32,000 nucleotides of DNA. Source: Akkermansia muciniphila ATCC BAA-835. GTDB lineage: Bacteria; Verrucomicrobiota; Verrucomicrobiia; Verrucomicrobiales; Akkermansiaceae. Position 1 is the stretch's first letter; every line of letters starts with the position of its first letter. The notes under the pieces were generated by a model. That model saw nothing but the letters and a program-made list of their open reading frames with translations, did no database searches and was not told the origin of the DNA. The position numbers and the translations under genes are program-made. The stretch spans positions 900,001-932,000 of the forward strand of contig NC_010655.1 of assembly GCF_000020225.1 (NCBI RefSeq), given 5' to 3'. This document shows positions 1-8,841 of the stretch, one piece after another.

Positions 1-1516
1 ACCACCAGCCCGTGGGAAATGGCCTCTGAGGCTCCCGTCTTCTCCAGCGCTACGGACATCGGCAGCATGGCGGCAATCAGCACGATGCTCTCCCAGTTGA
101 TCGTCCGGTACGCCTCCTCCACATTGCGCAGACAGCCGCACAACACCATCAGGACGGCGGCAATCAATACCGCCGCCACAGCAGGCACCCAGTTGAACAC
201 CATGGCCGCAATCATCAGCAGCATAATGCCTGCGGCCAGGGGGGCCTTATGCGTCAGGGTCACCTTGGAGGCCTCCGCCAGGGGCTGGCCCACGACAACC
301 CATTCAAAAGTTTTCTCGCTCAGGCGCGCAATATCCGTCCAGGTTCCCTGAATCAGCAGCGTATCTCCGTACTGGAGCTTCACATCCTTCAAATTATGGA
401 AAATGTAATGGTTGTCCCGCTGGATGGCCAGAATATTGACCCCGTACTTGGCGCGCAGCCCCGAAGACTTCACGGGCATGTTGATAAGGTCCGAGTTCCG
501 CATGAGCAGCATTTCCGCAATGCCTATCTCGTCAAACTTCAATTTGCTTTTCAACAGGGAATCCGTATCTTCCGACGTCTTCCGGTTAATCATCTCCGCC
601 CCATATTCCCGGGCAAAACGGGCCACGTCCTCAAACTCCCCCATGACATAAATGACGTCGCCCCGGGCCACCCTCGTATCTGAACCCGCCATGGTCTGGC
701 TGACCGTCTGCAGGAAGGAATGCCGGCCGGAATGCCTGCGGCGCACCTCCACAATATTCACGCGGTAAAGGTCCGGTATCTGAAGATCATGCAGAGGATG
801 TTCCGTCAGAGGGGAATCCTCCAGCACCCGGAGGCGGTAAAGATTATTAATAATCTGGTACTCGTCTATCAACTGGCTGAGGGATTTCCCCTTGGCCTCG
901 TGTTCCGCCCTGTCGTCATGGCGTCCCAGAAACCTCCTGCTGAGGGGGATCAGCACCAAGATGCCCGTCACGATGCAGACAAGGCCGATGGGGGTGAACG
1001 CAAAAAAGCCCAGCCCCTCCATTCCGGCCTCCTGAAGCTGGTTGTTGACGACAAGGTTGGGGGGCGTGCCGATCAGCGTCAGCATGCCGCCCATACTGCT
1101 GGCAAATGCCATGGGCATGAGCAGACGGCTCGTCTGGATGCCTCCGTCCGCAGCCAGGCTCACCAAAATAGGCAGCATCAGCGCTACCGTCCCCGTATTG
1201 CTGACAAATGCGCCTATGCCGGCTGTAACAAGCATGGTCAGCACCAGCAGGCGCAACTCGCTCCTGCCGGCCAGTTTCATGATTCTGCCGCCCATCATCT
1301 TGGCCAGGCCCGTCCGGAAAATGGCGCCTCCCACCACGAAAAGCCCCACCATCATCACCACAATGGAATTGGAAAAGCCGGAAAGCGCCTGTTCCGGGCT
1401 CAAAATCCCGAACATAATCAGGCAGAGCAGGGAACACAGCGCGACAAGATCAGAACGAATCCTCCCCTGGACAAATAAAACGGCGGATACTCCCAGAATG
1501 AGAAGCGTGGTCAACA
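1..1516 (-). CDS. SLC13/DASS-family anion permease with internal duplicated TrkA-C (RCK_C)-like soluble insert; the C-terminus runs off the left edge of the window
   Basis: This ORF is absent from the supplied track because no stop codon lies in the window. Manual reverse-complement translation from the ATG at 1516-1514 is uninterrupted to position 1. It reads MLTTLLILGVSAVLFVQGRIRSDLVALCSLLCLIMFGILSPEQALSGFSNSIVVMMVGLFVVGGAIFRTGLAKMMG...TGTVALMLPILVSLA...GTPPNLVV... Hydrophobic TM blocks flank two similar soluble segments (..LYRVNIVEVRRR..VARGDVIYVMG.. and ..KYGVNILAIQRD..LQYGDTLLIQG..). The plus-strand track ORFs here (19-351, 249-683, 720-1478, 1042-1563) have off-frame composition. Confidence 0.8.
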
Positions 1517-1713
1517 TAGCAATAAACGGCAGGAGTGAAAAAACGGCAAGGGAGGATATCTAACATGACCTGCACGTCTTGTCGATAGGCTGAACAAGTC
1601 ATTCACAAAACCGTCTCTCCGCCGGCATCCGGCAGAAAAAACACTTTATGCATCCTGCTCGGAGAACCCCGCTTCCTCTTTCCTTCTCCGGTATCATGGG
1701 GATGAGGAAACAA

Positions 1714-1742
1714 TAAAAAACGCGCTCTCTGAAAGAACGCGC
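1714..1742 (-). terminator. Intrinsic terminator downstream of tRNA-Tyr
   Basis: The minus strand reads GCGCGTTCT-TTCAG-AGAGCGCG (about 8 bp stem including G:U, 5-nt loop), followed directly by TTTTTTATTG. Confidence 0.6.
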
Positions 1743-1756
1743 CATAAAATGAAAAG

Positions 1757-1842
1757 TGGTGGGTAGAGAAGGATTCGAACCTTCGAAAGCAAATGCTAAC
1801 AGATTTACAGTCTGCCCCCTTTGACCGCTCGGGAATCTACCC
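1757..1842 (-). tRNA. tRNA-Tyr (anticodon GTA), long variable arm, CCA encoded
   Basis: The reverse complement is GGGTAGATTCCCGAGCGGTCAAAGGGGGCAGACTGTAAATCTGTTAGCATTTGCTTTCGAAGGTTCGAATCCTTCTCTACCCACCA. It has acceptor GGGTAGA/TCTACCC, anticodon loop CT-GTA-AA, T-arm GAAGG-TTCGAAT-CCTTC and a class II extra arm. Confidence 0.93.
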
Positions 1843-2000
1843 ACTTGAAGTGATGTGCGGCGAATGTATAGGGATTCCCGTGCCTTAGCAAGTTTTTTTT
1901 ATAAAAAGTAGGTCCTCCCAGAAGCAGAAACCCCATATGCAACAGCCATGCCGCCGGAAGGAAAGCTGATGCAGGAACACAAGACCGGAAAAGGCAATTT

Positions 2001-2486
2001 TCACGAATCTCCCACATATACCGGAGCGCGGCTGTCCGGGGAATCCGCATCCAGTTGCTCCAGCTGGGGCAGAATGTTCTCCATGCTCTCCCATACGGAG
2101 GGAACAATCTTGATTGCGGTTCCAAACCGGACTGCCATCATCAGGGCGTCTGAAGGGCGGGCGTCCAGCTCCACCAGCTTGTCCATCACCTCATTGGCGG
2201 CCTCTATGGTCACGCGGGCATAAAAGACTTCATCCTTGCGGCCGTTGATAAGCACCAGCCTCACCCGGCATTCCATGGCGGATAAAAAGTGAGCCAGCAG
2301 GGAAGACGTGTCCGGCCGTACCGGGCGTTCCCCGTTCAGGCAGCGTTCCAGGGCCATGCCGTCTGTCAGCTCCATGAAAATGACGCCCACCTTGCCGGTC
2401 AGCGGATCACGCAGACACACACCCGCCCCGGCCCGGGTGTAAAGCAGGGCATAAGGTTCCAGAGCAATCAAATTTTCATCCGGCAT
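2001..2486 (-). CDS. Bifunctional nuclease (BFN/DUF151) family protein
   Basis: 161-aa ORF with an ATG start. It shows the family-typical pattern: RPDTSSLL, EVFYARVTIE, ELDARPSDALMMAVRFGTAIKIV. Confidence 0.8.
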   Translation of the reverse strand: MPDENLIALEPYALLYTRAGAGVCLRDPLTGKVGVIFMELTDGMALERCLNGERPVRPDTSSLLAHFLSAMECRVRLVLINGRKDEVFYARVTIEAANEVMDKLVELDARPSDALMMAVRFGTAIKIVPSVWESMENILPQLEQLDADSPDSRAPVYVGDS

Positions 2487-2505
2487 GGCGGGCGGAAATC
2501 ACATG

Positions 2506-3042
2506 TTAAAAACCGGGATTAATAACCCGTTCCGTATAGCGGGCAGCCACCTTGACGTATTTTTCCGCCCATTTGTGGTTATTATCCGCGGATTCCGGCC
2601 CCAGGTCCTTCACCACCTTGGCAGGAGAACCCAGCACCAGGGAATTGGGGGGAATGACGGTACCTTTGGTAATGAGCGCGCCCGCTCCCACCACAGACCC
2701 CTGGCCGATGACCGCTCCATCCAGAATAATGGACCCCATGCCTATCAGGCAATTATCCTCCACCGTGCAGGCGTGCAGAATCACGCCGTGCCCCACGGTT
2801 ACGTACTTGCCTACATAGCAGCCGAAATCGTCTGCCAGGTGGATGCAGCTGTTGTCCTGGATATTGGAGTAATCACCAATTACGATCTTATTGATATCTG
2901 CGCGCAGCGTGGTATGGTACCAGACGCTGGCATATTCCCCAATGGTAACATCTCCAATCAAATCAGCGCTTTCCGCCACAAAAGCGGTATCCGCCACTTT
3001 GGGCCAGAAGTTCGCGTAAGGTTCTCTTGCCATATAAGTCAT
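2506..3042 (-). CDS. Gamma carbonic anhydrase-like / hexapeptide-repeat (LbH) family protein
   Basis: 178 aa with left-handed beta-helix hexapeptide repeats (IGDVTIGEYASVW, IVIGDYSNIQDNSCIH, VTVGHGVILHACTVEDNCLIGMGSIILDGAVIGQGSVVGAGALI). This matches the YrdA/PaaY type. Confidence 0.85.
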   Translation of the reverse strand: MTYMAREPYANFWPKVADTAFVAESADLIGDVTIGEYASVWYHTTLRADINKIVIGDYSNIQDNSCIHLADDFGCYVGKYVTVGHGVILHACTVEDNCLIGMGSIILDGAVIGQGSVVGAGALITKGTVIPPNSLVLGSPAKVVKDLGPESADNNHKWAEKYVKVAARYTERVINPGF

Positions 3043-3162
3043 GTATTAATTGAAGATAAGACAGCATTCCAGTCTAAAAACGTTCATTCCGCGGGTATGC
3101 CGCAGCCGGAAACGAACACGGCCGAACCCACCCGAAAATGAAAGGCCGCAGGCACCTCCGCA

Positions 3163-5391
3163 CTAATTTTCTTCCCGGATGCCCTTCTTGCTGTTCTTCT
3201 CCCGCTTCTCCGCATCCTTGCGCAGGGAGTCGGCTTTTTTCCCATTACCTCCCTTTTCATAATACCCGGCTATCCTCCGCTGGATGGCGGCTTCCTTCTT
3301 TACCTTGAAATAATCGCCCGATTTAGTCCGGATATACCGGTTGTAGGAAGATTCCGCCTCCTTGGCCATCTGAAGCACGGCCTCCTGATCCTGGGAAACG
3401 TACTCGTAATATTGCCCCATCAGCGCTTCAAATACTTCCGCGCGGCGCGCATAATCCTTCATGGACTTCCGGTACAGGGCAGCCACCCCGGCCTTGTCCC
3501 CGTTTTCCATCAGGAGATCCGCCTGCCGCTTGATGGCGGCGGAAGTCAGGTCGCTGCGCCCCTCGTCCGTCTCCTTTTCCAGCTTCTTCAAATCGCGGGC
3601 AACATGGCGTTTATTGGTGGAAGCGTCCCTCATGGGGAAAATATACTCATCTTCCACGCGGGCGGCCATGGCCAGATAATCCGGACGGGAACGGAACTTG
3701 CGCTTAATCATGGCCACCAGTTCATCCCATTCTTCCAGCTTCGTGCCGCTCTCCGGGCGGCCCATCAGAGCAATCAGGCGTTCCCAGCCCAGGGGGCTGC
3801 CGGGAGTGGCCTGTGTGGCGGCTTCCAGCATTACCCGGGCGCAATCCGGCTTCTGCATCTCCTCAAACAGGTCCGCCAGGGAAAGATAATCCAGGGAAGT
3901 ATCCAGCCGGGCGCCATTCACCTTCTTGTCCATACCCTGGAGAAGGGTGGATTCATGCTTTGACTTGCAGTTGTGCGGATGGGAAAAATGCCCCGTATTA
4001 TATCCGTACCCGCCGTAGGACTGCCAGGTTTCATCCGTCGTCAGCAGATTGACCCAGGCATGCGGCCCGCGGTTGCCGTCCCCGGTAACATAGGCGGAGG
4101 GAATACCGTTGCATTTGGCGGTATTCACCGCAAAATAGGCCTGGTCCATGCAAATGCCGCCTTCATCCAGAATCTCCTGGAAGGTATAATTAGTATAAGG
4201 GTCCTTGCCCAGTGCGGCGCGGTCCATCCGGTAACGGATCATGGAATAGGCTCCGCCCCATCCTTTCCGGGTAAGGCGCACCTTTTTGCGCGCCCAATCC
4301 ATCTCCGACCTCGGCAGACGCACATCCACCACAAACAACAGCTCGGAAGGGCTTAATTTGGAAATGTCCGTGAGAAGCTCACGGGCTTCATCCATCTCCA
4401 TGAAGTACTCGAATACCTGTTCCAGCGTCAAAGGCGTGGTGGAAATATTGGTGGAAGAAGACGCCCTCAGCTTGGACGGGCTGGAAGCGATGCGGGGATT
4501 CAGCATGGCGCAGGCCAGCGCCAGGGAGGAATACCTGCTCCGGGGCATGGCAGAGGTTTTCATCCAGAATTCCGCCCACTTCCTCAAAATCCCTCCCCAC
4601 TCCTCCCCGGGTGTCTGCTCCCGCGCCATCGTGCGCAGGAAAAGTCTCAGGGGATCGGAAGGATCTGAAAAAAGCCATGGATAGAAATACCTGGGGGAAC
4701 TCTCCTTGATTTGTTCCTGGATGGTTTCCGCTCCCACTTTGCTGATGAGCTGGTACAGCTCATTGGCGCGCATGAGGTACGGGCTCTGATCGTACATGGA
4801 CGCGTCAAATTTGCCGAATTTGATGACCTTCACGGCATCCCGTTCCAAATTGGAGCGCAGGAAATCGGCATACAAGTCATAGCGGCCCGTTTCCAGGGCC
4901 AGATTGAAAGCATCCGTAAACAACTTTCTGTTGGCGGCGTTATTGGCCTTCAGGCTGACCAGAAGAACAGGCTTCTTGAAAATCTCCAGCCGCGGATCTT
5001 CCTCCTGGACCACGGGTTCTTCCTTCGGTTCCTCAGGGGAAGGCTCCGCCACTTCCGGTTCCTTGTTCTGCCGTTTTCCGGCGGCTTCCTCAGCAGCCAG
5101 GCGTTCCGCCTCAAGACGGGCTTTTTCCTCCGCCTCCGCGCGCGCCCGTTCCTCCGCCTTCCTGCGCGCCGCCTCCAGTTCCGCGGCTTTCCGCGCACGC
5201 GCCGCTTTCGCTTCCGCCTCCTTTCTGGCCGCCAGCTCAGCGGCGGCAGCCTTACGTTGAACGGAAACCCGGTGGTAAGCCACCCCTCCGGCGGCAAGAG
5301 CCAGCACCAGGACAATAGTTATAATAATTCCGCCGGAAGAGGATTTTTTATGCTTGGGAAAACCGGGACGCAGAGGATTGACAGGATTCAT
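3163..5391 (-). CDS. Membrane-anchored protein with an Ala/Glu/Lys/Arg coiled-coil segment, a transglutaminase-like Cys-His core and a helical-repeat C-terminus
   Basis: The track ORF 3163-5550 starts at a TTG. I prefer the ATG at 5391 (MNPVNPLRPGFPKHKKSSSGGIIITIVLVLALAAGGVAY is a basic N-terminus plus a TM helix). The coiled-coil reads AARKEAEAKAARARKAAELEAARRKAEERARAEAEEKARLEAERLAAEE. The transglutaminase-like signature is GGICMDQAYFAVNTAKCNGIPSAYVTGDGNRGPHAWVNLL. Confidence 0.75.
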   Translation of the reverse strand: MNPVNPLRPGFPKHKKSSSGGIIITIVLVLALAAGGVAYHRVSVQRKAAAAELAARKEAEAKAARARKAAELEAARRKAEERARAEAEEKARLEAERLAAEEAAGKRQNKEPEVAEPSPEEPKEEPVVQEEDPRLEIFKKPVLLVSLKANNAANRKLFTDAFNLALETGRYDLYADFLRSNLERDAVKVIKFGKFDASMYDQSPYLMRANELYQLISKVGAETIQEQIKESSPRYFYPWLFSDPSDPLRLFLRTMAREQTPGEEWGGILRKWAEFWMKTSAMPRSRYSSLALACAMLNPRIASSPSKLRASSSTNISTTPLTLEQVFEYFMEMDEARELLTDISKLSPSELLFVVDVRLPRSEMDWARKKVRLTRKGWGGAYSMIRYRMDRAALGKDPYTNYTFQEILDEGGICMDQAYFAVNTAKCNGIPSAYVTGDGNRGPHAWVNLLTTDETWQSYGGYGYNTGHFSHPHNCKSKHESTLLQGMDKKVNGARLDTSLDYLSLADLFEEMQKPDCARVMLEAATQATPGSPLGWERLIALMGRPESGTKLEEWDELVAMIKRKFRSRPDYLAMAARVEDEYIFPMRDASTNKRHVARDLKKLEKETDEGRSDLTSAAIKRQADLLMENGDKAGVAALYRKSMKDYARRAEVFEALMGQYYEYVSQDQEAVLQMAKEAESSYNRYIRTKSGDYFKVKKEAAIQRRIAGYYEKGGNGKKADSLRKDAEKREKNSKKGIREEN

Positions 5392-5663
5392 GGGGATGCA
5401 GCTTGAACGCGTTGAAGCAAATTGGGGAGGGGGATGAGACGGTTTTATCCCTGTTCCGTGTGACATAAAAGCGCAATACCTTTCCGAGGTCAACTTGAAA
5501 CAATGGTCTTTTGCTGAAGGTTCGTTTTCCCGGAACCCGTTAAGAATCAAACCAGAGTATTTTTCCTTGTATTTTCATAGCCATTTTATAGTATCGGGCC
5601 TCTTCATGTTTCCAAAAACATGAGAAAAACACAAGTATCCTGCTGATTATTCCTGGCTGACAT

Positions 5664-6335
5664 ATGTTTTTCCCGTTGCCTATGAACACTTTCTCTCATC
5701 TCAGTCCGTTTCTGGCCGTCATTTCGGGAAGCCTCTTCTCCGGAACGGCTCTCTGTAACGACATCGTGCTGCCTCCGCCAGATAAAAAGGGAGGAAAGCC
5801 CCTCATGCAGGTTCTTCATGAACGGCATTCCACCAGGTCCTTTGCAGACAAACCTATCCCGGTGGAAATCCTGTCCTCCCTGCTCTGGGCGGCGCAAGGC
5901 GTCAACCGGGACGATCCCGACTACCGCACGGCGCCGTCTTCCCGGAATTCCAATGAAATAGAAATCTATGTCGTTCTGCCGCAGGGCACCTATCTTTACA
6001 GGCCGGAAACCCACCGACTGGAGAAAGTGGTTCAGGGCGACATGCGGGCCGCTACGGGAACACAGGAATTCGCGGCTACCGCGCCGTTAAACCTGGTCTA
6101 TGTAGTAGACCAGTCCAAACAGCCGGGAGACTTTGATGCCAGGAGAAAGCTGGTCACGGCCTGCACGGATGCGGGGTTTATTGGAGAAAACGTTTACCTT
6201 TTCTGTGCTTCCGAAGGGCTCGGCACCGTGTTCCGCGCCATGATTAACGCCAATTATATCCAGCAGTGCCTGAAGCTCCCCGTCCTCAAAAAAGTCCTGT
6301 ACGCCCAGAGTGTCGGCTATCCGTCAAAATCCTGA
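5664..6335 (+). CDS. Nitroreductase-family protein with N-terminal signal-like segment
   Basis: 223 aa. HERHSTRSFADKPIPVEILSSLLWAAQGVNR is the typical nitroreductase N-terminal motif. The C-terminus reads GENVYLFCASEGLGTV. The N-terminus is hydrophobic (the true start may be the second Met, MNTFSHL...). Confidence 0.8.
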   Translation: MFFPLPMNTFSHLSPFLAVISGSLFSGTALCNDIVLPPPDKKGGKPLMQVLHERHSTRSFADKPIPVEILSSLLWAAQGVNRDDPDYRTAPSSRNSNEIEIYVVLPQGTYLYRPETHRLEKVVQGDMRAATGTQEFAATAPLNLVYVVDQSKQPGDFDARRKLVTACTDAGFIGENVYLFCASEGLGTVFRAMINANYIQQCLKLPVLKKVLYAQSVGYPSKS

Positions 6336-6705
6336 AAAAACCATAAGCCGGAACGCTGTGAGACTCGCCGTTCCATCGGCGGCTCTTCCTCATGCCTGCG
6401 AAAAACCGTCATGGGAACCGCCGTTCCCATGGAGATAAAAACGCCAGGAACCATTGCCGGGCCAGTCAGGAGCGCACTCTTCCGGACAGCCCGGCAACAA
6501 AGGAAAAAGCGTTTGACGAACTGTTGGATGAACGTTTCGGGCAAGCCCGGTTCCGCCACTCCGCCCTGCGGCATTGGCTGGAGAAATATTCAAACCGGAA
6601 TTCCCGGGAAACTGCGGCGCCAGGAAATCTACTCCCCGCTTGCGGTCTTTCCCATAGTTCAAATTCATGGAAAATCCGGAACCGCAAGCGGAAAACGCAC
6701 CAGCA

Positions 6706-8637
6706 TTACCACTGGTTGTCCAGGTTTTTGGTATTTATCTTTCCGGGTTCCTTGTTGCGTTCCTTCATGCCGCGGACAGGCTTGGGCTCCTTTTCGTGCA
6801 GGTCCAGAATATCAATCACATTCTCCCCTTTTTTCAGGAATGGGGCCGGGACATACAGCCTTAACTGAGGTCCCACATTCCAATAGCGCCCCACGTTGAT
6901 TCCGTTCACCCATACATACCCCTTGACATAGCGGGACATATCCAGAAACGTGTCCTGAGGCTCTTCAATATTTACAACGGCCCGGAAATGCGCCCCTTCC
7001 CGTTTCTGGGAAGGCCCCTTTCCTTTGGGAGCCCGCACAATGGAATCAGCTTTCAGGGGAAGCGCCCTCACCGTCCAGTTCTTTAACTCCCGCGTTCCCA
7101 GCTTCACAGGACCGTAAATCCCCTTGCGGTCACTCTCCATGCTGATATGAAAATTAATATGTCCCATGGCCTCTACCAGAACTTCCAGCGTCCCCGGCTT
7201 CCTGCGCTCCGGCAGTTTCACGCTCTTCTGCCCCAGCCGCCGATCCAGCGTGCCGACCAGCTCTCCATCCAGATACACCTGGGCATAGTCATTGACATTG
7301 GTAAATTCCAGCGTTTCAGGCGGTCCTGACGGAACGGCCGTTCTGTAAACGGCAATACCCTGGTTCTGGTTCCATTGTTCAAAATAGGGAGGCTGCGGGA
7401 ACTTGGACCGGAAAGGCTTGGGCAGGTTCTCCCAAAGGCCGGCATGCACTGCGGGCGTGAACTCCGGAATTTCCATGGCCGGAATGTCTGCGGGAGGTTC
7501 CGGCACAGCGGCTTCGGGAGGCAACTTTTTCAAAATGATTTCCCTCATCTGGGCATAATATTCATTCATCCGCCCCTGCTCATCCACGGGAGAACCGTAA
7601 TCATAACTCGTCAGGTCCGGCTGGTATTTTCCCGGCCCTCCGTTGTTGGCTCCGGCCGAGAATCCGAAATTGGTGCCTCCGTGGAAAACGAACAAGCTGA
7701 AGGAACGCCCCTTGTCCATAAACCAGCGGACGTGGTTGACCACTCCAGGGGTGGGAGCCCAATTCCCCTCCCCCCAGTGCCGCAGCCAACCCGGATATGT
7801 TTCCGAGGAAAAAACGGGAACTCCCGGATTGCATTTATTAGCCACTGCCCAATGGCCGTCGTTCAGCCCCGGATCCAGCCCTACGGCCACGCCTGGAAGC
7901 ACCACGCCTTTCAGAAAATGTTCTCCCGCGCCGTCGGAGGTGTAAAAGGGGCCAAAACCCTTCCTGCTCCAGAACGCCTTCAGCCATTCCATATACTTGC
8001 GGTCTTTACGCTGGTAGCTCCCGTATTCGTTTTCAAGCTGGGTCATCAGAATGGGGCCCCCGTTTTTGGCTAAAAAAGGCTCCGCCACACGAGCCACGGC
8101 CTCCAGATAACGCGTCTGCGCCTTCATGAATTTGGCGTCTTCCGTAGTTCTCAACTTGGCCTTGGGATCCTTCAGCAAATAATGAGGCAGCCCACCCAGA
8201 TCCCATTCCCCGCATGCATAGGGGCCGGGGCGGAATAAAACCCACATTCCTTCCTCCTGGCATAACTTGAGGAACCCTTCCAGATCCCGATTGCCCGTCT
8301 TAAAGTCAAAGCTGCCGTCCGGCTGCTCATGGTCATTCCAGAACACATAAAATGCAATAGTATTCAGCCCCATAGCCTTGGCGGTCCTGATGCGGTGCCT
8401 CCAGTATTCCCGGGGAATGCGCTGGGGATGCATCTCCGCGCCGCGGATCTGGAAGGGTTTCCCGTTCAGCATGAACTCCTGGTTCCCTTCCCCGCCGAAC
8501 CCGAACACAACGGGGGGTCCTCCGGAAAGAGCGGGTTTCTGTACATTCTGGACAGCCTCAGGGCCAGCCCATGCCAATGCTCCCACTCCGACGGCCATCA
8601 GTGCGGCAGACCAACTGAAACCATATTGCTTCATCAT
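6706..8637 (-). CDS. Secreted glycoside hydrolase family 35 beta-galactosidase
   Basis: 643 aa with signal peptide MMKQYGFSWSAALMAVGVGALAWAG. GH35 hallmarks are the acid/base region MTQLENEYGSY, the nucleophile region PVFSSETYPGWLRHWG, and NTIAFYVFWNDHEP-like and GPYACGEWDLGGLP blocks. Confidence 0.92.
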   Translation of the reverse strand: MMKQYGFSWSAALMAVGVGALAWAGPEAVQNVQKPALSGGPPVVFGFGGEGNQEFMLNGKPFQIRGAEMHPQRIPREYWRHRIRTAKAMGLNTIAFYVFWNDHEQPDGSFDFKTGNRDLEGFLKLCQEEGMWVLFRPGPYACGEWDLGGLPHYLLKDPKAKLRTTEDAKFMKAQTRYLEAVARVAEPFLAKNGGPILMTQLENEYGSYQRKDRKYMEWLKAFWSRKGFGPFYTSDGAGEHFLKGVVLPGVAVGLDPGLNDGHWAVANKCNPGVPVFSSETYPGWLRHWGEGNWAPTPGVVNHVRWFMDKGRSFSLFVFHGGTNFGFSAGANNGGPGKYQPDLTSYDYGSPVDEQGRMNEYYAQMREIILKKLPPEAAVPEPPADIPAMEIPEFTPAVHAGLWENLPKPFRSKFPQPPYFEQWNQNQGIAVYRTAVPSGPPETLEFTNVNDYAQVYLDGELVGTLDRRLGQKSVKLPERRKPGTLEVLVEAMGHINFHISMESDRKGIYGPVKLGTRELKNWTVRALPLKADSIVRAPKGKGPSQKREGAHFRAVVNIEEPQDTFLDMSRYVKGYVWVNGINVGRYWNVGPQLRLYVPAPFLKKGENVIDILDLHEKEPKPVRGMKERNKEPGKINTKNLDNQW

Positions 8638-8841
8638 GTTGAACAGTTAATTCATTTGAAGACGGTTGCCAATAACAATTTTTTTCTCTCTTCTCCGAAT
8701 CTTCGGAATACCCTTCCCCTCCGCCAGAAATCTGACGGGGCCGGACGGAACGGAGGCCTTCCGTTCCGTGGAATGTGATCATGTCATATATCTTCATCCC
8801 TTTGTATGAAAACCGGAGGACGCCTGTCTAAATTGATCAAT

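Noticed and set aside
19-1563. Plus-strand ORFs 19-351, 249-683, 720-1478 and 1042-1563, and minus-strand ORF 916-1437
   Set aside because: All overlap the uninterrupted minus-strand SLC13 permease frame, which I translated manually. Their sequences are low-complexity and off-frame-like (for example HHHHHNG, PPTTKSPTIITT).
5040-5260. Repetitive-looking GC-rich DNA (recurrent GCCTCCGC / TTCCGC / GCGCGC units) that could be mistaken for a tandem repeat or CRISPR-like array
   Set aside because: There is no regular repeat-spacer periodicity. The tract is in frame and encodes the Ala/Glu/Lys/Arg coiled-coil of the transglutaminase-like protein. I saw no CRISPR array anywhere in the window.
5392-5550. 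N-terminal extensions from far-upstream TTG/GTG starts in track ORFs. Shown here for the transglutaminase-like gene. The same applies at 8806, 10650, 11876, 14795, 15963, 17673, 18345, 23496, 28605 and 31967.
   Set aside because: The extensions lack signal or TM logic, or overlap the preceding gene, or are compositionally odd. In each case an internal ATG gives the canonical family N-terminus or a signal peptide.
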